NCBI GenBank assembly: GCA_043815185.1
Contig: JBDRJF010000024.1
Span: forward strand, 64,533-128,532
Direction of reading: 5' to 3'
Origin: Candidatus Omnitrophota bacterium
GTDB taxonomy: Bacteria; Omnitrophota; Gorgyraeia; Duberdicusellales; 4484-171
DNA length: 64,000 nucleotides
The stretch's first letter is position 1, and each line of letters opens with the position of its first letter. The notes under the pieces were generated by a model that was given only the letters and a program-made list of their open reading frames with translations, ran no database searches and had not been told where the DNA came from. Below are positions 61,158 to 64,000 of the stretch, one piece after another. A program made the translations under genes and the position numbers.

Positions 61158-62572
61158 TTCTCTATCCTCCTTTTTATCATCTCTCTCGCTACCTGGGGGT
61201 TGGCTTTCCCCTTACTCTTCTTCATTGCCTGTCCCACCAGAAACATTATTGCCTGATTCTTACCCTCTAAATACTCTTTGACCGGTTTAGGGTTTTCTTT
61301 AATAACCTCTTCAATAAAAATATCTATCTCGCCTTCGGCGGATAGCTGCTTAAGACCTTCTCTTTCGATAATCATATCTATATTTTCATTAGTAGTAATA
61401 CTCAAAAAAAGAGCTTTTTTCGCCGTAATATTGTTCAGCCTCCCCTCCTTGAAGTATTTTACTATTTGGGAAAACTTTTCCGCCGATATTTTTACCGAAC
61501 TGAATCCATTCTCTAAACTATTGATCTGCTCAAGAAACGGGCCGATCAGCCAATTAGATACCTCCTGTGGCTTAAGATAAAACTTAACCGCGGCTTCAAA
61601 AAAATCAGCTAGCCGGCGGTCAGACAGAAGTATATCTATTTCATCAGGGCCGATTCTGTAATCCTCTAAAAATCTCTTTCTCTTCTCCAAAGGTAACTCT
61701 CCTACCAAATCCTGCTCCCTTTTAATAAGCTCACCAGGGATAGCGAAATCTAGAAGATCGGGTTCGGGAAAATAACGGTAATCATGGGCCTCTTCTTTAC
61801 TGCGCATGACTATTGTCTTTAGTTTACCCACATCCCATAATCTTGTCTCTTGAGTTATCTTTTTTCCCTGCCCTATTACTTTAGCTTGCCTCTTTGTTTC
61901 AAATTCTAAAGCCGCCTTAACTCCCCTGAAGCTATTCATGTTTTTCAGCTCCACCTTGGTACCGAGTGCAGTATCTCCCCGCTTGCGCAGAGAAATATTG
62001 GCATCGCAGCGTAAAGACCCTTTCTCCATATCACAGTCAGAAGCATTGATGTATTGAAGGATTAACTTCAAAGAAGACAGATATTCAAAAGCTTCCTCAG
62101 GACTCCTTATATCCGGTTCAGTTACAATTTCTAACAACGGTGTGCCAGCACGATTAAAATCTATCCAGGAATAACCTTCTTTGTGGATAAGTTTGCCGGC
62201 ATCCTCTTCCATATGTACTCTGTTTATATTTATTTTTTTGCCGGAAGAGAGTTCGAAGAATCCTGCCTCACCCAAAGGCATCTTATACTGAGAAATTTGA
62301 TAATTTTTAGGCAGGTCGGGATAAAAATAGTTCTTCCGCTCAAAATATATACTTTTATTAATCTTACAATTCACGGCCAACGAAACCCTTATAGCCAATT
62401 CTAAAACTTTTTTGTTGAAGACCGGTAACACTCCGGGGTACCCGCAACAAACCGGACAAATATTAGTATTGGGAAGGCTCTGAGATTTCGTAGAGCAAGA
62501 ACAGAAAATCTTTGACTCTGTCTTCAACTGAGTGTGAACTTCCAAACCAATTATAACTTCAAAATCACTCAT
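61154..62572 (-). CDS. gatB: aspartyl/glutamyl-tRNA amidotransferase subunit B
   Basis: 472 aa with a GatB-typical N-terminus [13 protein letters not shown] and a C-terminal YqeY-like tail. Confidence 0.93.
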   Translation of the reverse strand: MSDFEVIIGLEVHTQLKTESKIFCSCSTKSQSLPNTNICPVCCGYPGVLPVFNKKVLELAIRVSLAVNCKINKSIYFERKNYFYPDLPKNYQISQYKMPLGEAGFFELSSGKKININRVHMEEDAGKLIHKEGYSWIDFNRAGTPLLEIVTEPDIRSPEEAFEYLSSLKLILQYINASDCDMEKGSLRCDANISLRKRGDTALGTKVELKNMNSFRGVKAALEFETKRQAKVIGQGKKITQETRLWDVGKLKTIVMRSKEEAHDYRYFPEPDLLDFAIPGELIKREQDLVGELPLEKRKRFLEDYRIGPDEIDILLSDRRLADFFEAAVKFYLKPQEVSNWLIGPFLEQINSLENGFSSVKISAEKFSQIVKYFKEGRLNNITAKKALFLSITTNENIDMIIEREGLKQLSAEGEIDIFIEEVIKENPKPVKEYLEGKNQAIMFLVGQAMKKSKGKANPQVAREMIKRRIEK

Positions 62573-63998
62573 GATTAATCTTGGGTATTTTCGTATGAAA
62601 GTCCGTACTAGTTTGAAAAGCCGAACCTAAGCTCACCAGAGTAAACTCATCAAATTCCTTTCCAATCAGCTGGGCTCCAATCGGTAACTTATCATTAGAG
62701 AATCCGCAAGGAAAAGATACAGCTGGTAACCCGGCTAGATTTGCAGAAATAGTATAAATATCTGATAAATACATGCTTAAAGGATCACTTGCTTTCTCAC
62801 CAATTTTAAAAGCAGTTGTTGGCGAGGTCGGTGTAAAAATAGCGTCAACGTTTTCGAAGGCCTGATCAAAATCGCCTTTGATCAGCCTCCTCACTTTAAG
62901 AGCTTTTAGGTAGTAAGCATCGTAGTAGCCGCTGGAAAGGCTGTAGGTGCCTAAAAATATTCTCCTCTTTGACTCAGTGCCAAAACCTTGCCCCCGGCTC
63001 TGATCATAAAGGTCTTCTAAATTGCTGCTCTTTGCTCTTAACCCATACCTTATTCCGTCAAATCTCTGGAGGTTAGAACTTGCCTCTGAAGAAGCAATGA
63101 TATAATAAGTAGCCACAGCATATTCGGTGTGTGGCAAACTCACTTCGATGAACTTTACCCCCTTGGCCTCAAAAACCTTCTTGGCCCTATTGACTGCCTC
63201 TCTGACTTCTTGACTTAATCCCTGTTGAAAATACTCTTTAGGTATTCCTATTTTTATGCCGTCAATATCGCTACCTAGAGCTTGCTTAAAATCAGGTACC
63301 TTAAAAGATACTGATGTCGAGTCTTGATCGTCCTGACCGCAAATGATGTTGAGAAGATGCGCGCAGTCGGGGAAATTGGTAGTTATCGGCCCAATCTGAT
63401 CTAAGCTTGAACCAAAAGCAATTAAACCCCAGCGGGAAACCCGGCCATAAGTGGGCTTAAAACCGACTACCCCACAAAAACAAGCTGGTTGCCGGATTGA
63501 GCCTCCGGTATCAGAACCCAAGGCAAAAGGAACTAAGCGAGCTGCAACTGCTGCTGCAGAACCTCCACTAGAACCACCGACAACTCTAGTTATATCCCAA
63601 GGATTTTTTGTCGGCCCGTAACAAGAATTCTCAGTAGATGAGCCAAAAGCAAACTCATCCATATTTGTAGTCCCGATAATGCTTAAGCCGGCGCGCTTTA
63701 ATCTTCTTATAACTTCGGCATCATAGACGGCTAAGTGGGTAGAAAGAATTCGGGAAGCACAGGTAATTTTCTTTCCCTTTATGCAGATATTATCTTTTAT
63801 CGCAATCGGCAAATTGGCGAGCGGGGAACTTCCCTCTCCGATAATTGGTTGTTTATAAACTTCTACGAAACTCCCCAGAGAAGAATCGTACTTTTTGATT
63901 CTTTCTTTGAAGAAAGAGTGGACTTCTTCCAGTTTTAATTGGCCAGAGCTAATTCTTTCTCCGATTGTGCTGGCTGTCAGATTAATTAAGTCTTCCAT
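62565..63998 (-). CDS. gatA: glutamyl-tRNA(Gln) amidotransferase subunit A
   Basis: 477 aa with the amidase signature [12 protein letters not shown] and the catalytic Ser-cisSer-Lys context. Confidence 0.93.
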   Translation of the reverse strand: MEDLINLTASTIGERISSGQLKLEEVHSFFKERIKKYDSSLGSFVEVYKQPIIGEGSSPLANLPIAIKDNICIKGKKITCASRILSTHLAVYDAEVIRRLKRAGLSIIGTTNMDEFAFGSSTENSCYGPTKNPWDITRVVGGSSGGSAAAVAARLVPFALGSDTGGSIRQPACFCGVVGFKPTYGRVSRWGLIAFGSSLDQIGPITTNFPDCAHLLNIICGQDDQDSTSVSFKVPDFKQALGSDIDGIKIGIPKEYFQQGLSQEVREAVNRAKKVFEAKGVKFIEVSLPHTEYAVATYYIIASSEASSNLQRFDGIRYGLRAKSSNLEDLYDQSRGQGFGTESKRRIFLGTYSLSSGYYDAYYLKALKVRRLIKGDFDQAFENVDAIFTPTSPTTAFKIGEKASDPLSMYLSDIYTISANLAGLPAVSFPCGFSNDKLPIGAQLIGKEFDEFTLVSLGSAFQTSTDFHTKIPKINHE

Positions 63999-64000
63999 CT

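Noticed and set aside
1-64000. Scan for CRISPR arrays, rRNA genes, transposase/integrase/recombinase genes and prophage blocks.
   Set aside because: I found no regularly spaced direct repeats, no rRNA-like stretches and no ORF with recombinase or transposase motifs. The only repeats are the dispersed R1 and R2 families.

Overview
This is an AT-rich bacterial chromosomal window with about 70 protein genes. All but four are on the minus strand, and most junctions are short or overlapping. I saw no rRNA, CRISPR array, transposase or integrase. Left third (1-25 kb) is housekeeping: ABC-2 exporter, plsC, phosphohexomutase, nadD, proBA, obg, rplU, an RRM protein, a split methionine synthase with a NifU-like gene, gltX, a four-subunit 2-oxoacid:ferredoxin oxidoreductase, dxs, a PilZ protein, ymdB, rny, a 5-formyl-THF cyclo-ligase, hup, and rRNA methyltransferases. 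A tRNA-Gln(CUG) lies hidden under the N-terminus of an ORF call at 11137..11208. Middle (25.9-45.7 kb) is a roughly 20 kb co-directional accessory supercluster. Its core looks like a minimal type II polyketide synthase: KS-alpha, a Lys-variant chain-length factor, ACP and two cyclases. This core is preceded by an AMP-ligase, a PNP-family phosphorylase, a ketopantoate-reductase-like gene and a tandem TIGR04076-like protein. It is followed by MFS, TPR, SDR, B12-radical-SAM and amidohydrolase genes, then a module resembling the DHAP shunt for 5-deoxy/methylthio-pentose disposal. Right third: rRNA methyltransferase, nitroreductase, an NYN gene, era, a PilZ/coiled-coil/toroid protein with a transglutaminase lipoprotein, an aminotransferase with Lrp, an exonuclease with a WYL-like tail, a bactofilin-HTH fusion, tsaD, ctp and gatBA. 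Two repeat families stand out. The first is a MITE-like element (3 copies; 13-bp TIR and TTA duplication in the intact copy) sitting in the three longest non-coding gaps next to accessory cassettes (NTase pair, Phd/RelE, NYN). The second is a ~170-nt multi-hairpin intercistronic element (2 copies) with compensatory base changes, placed directly upstream of the SD of two supercluster genes. All calls rest on motif reading by eye; no database search was run.
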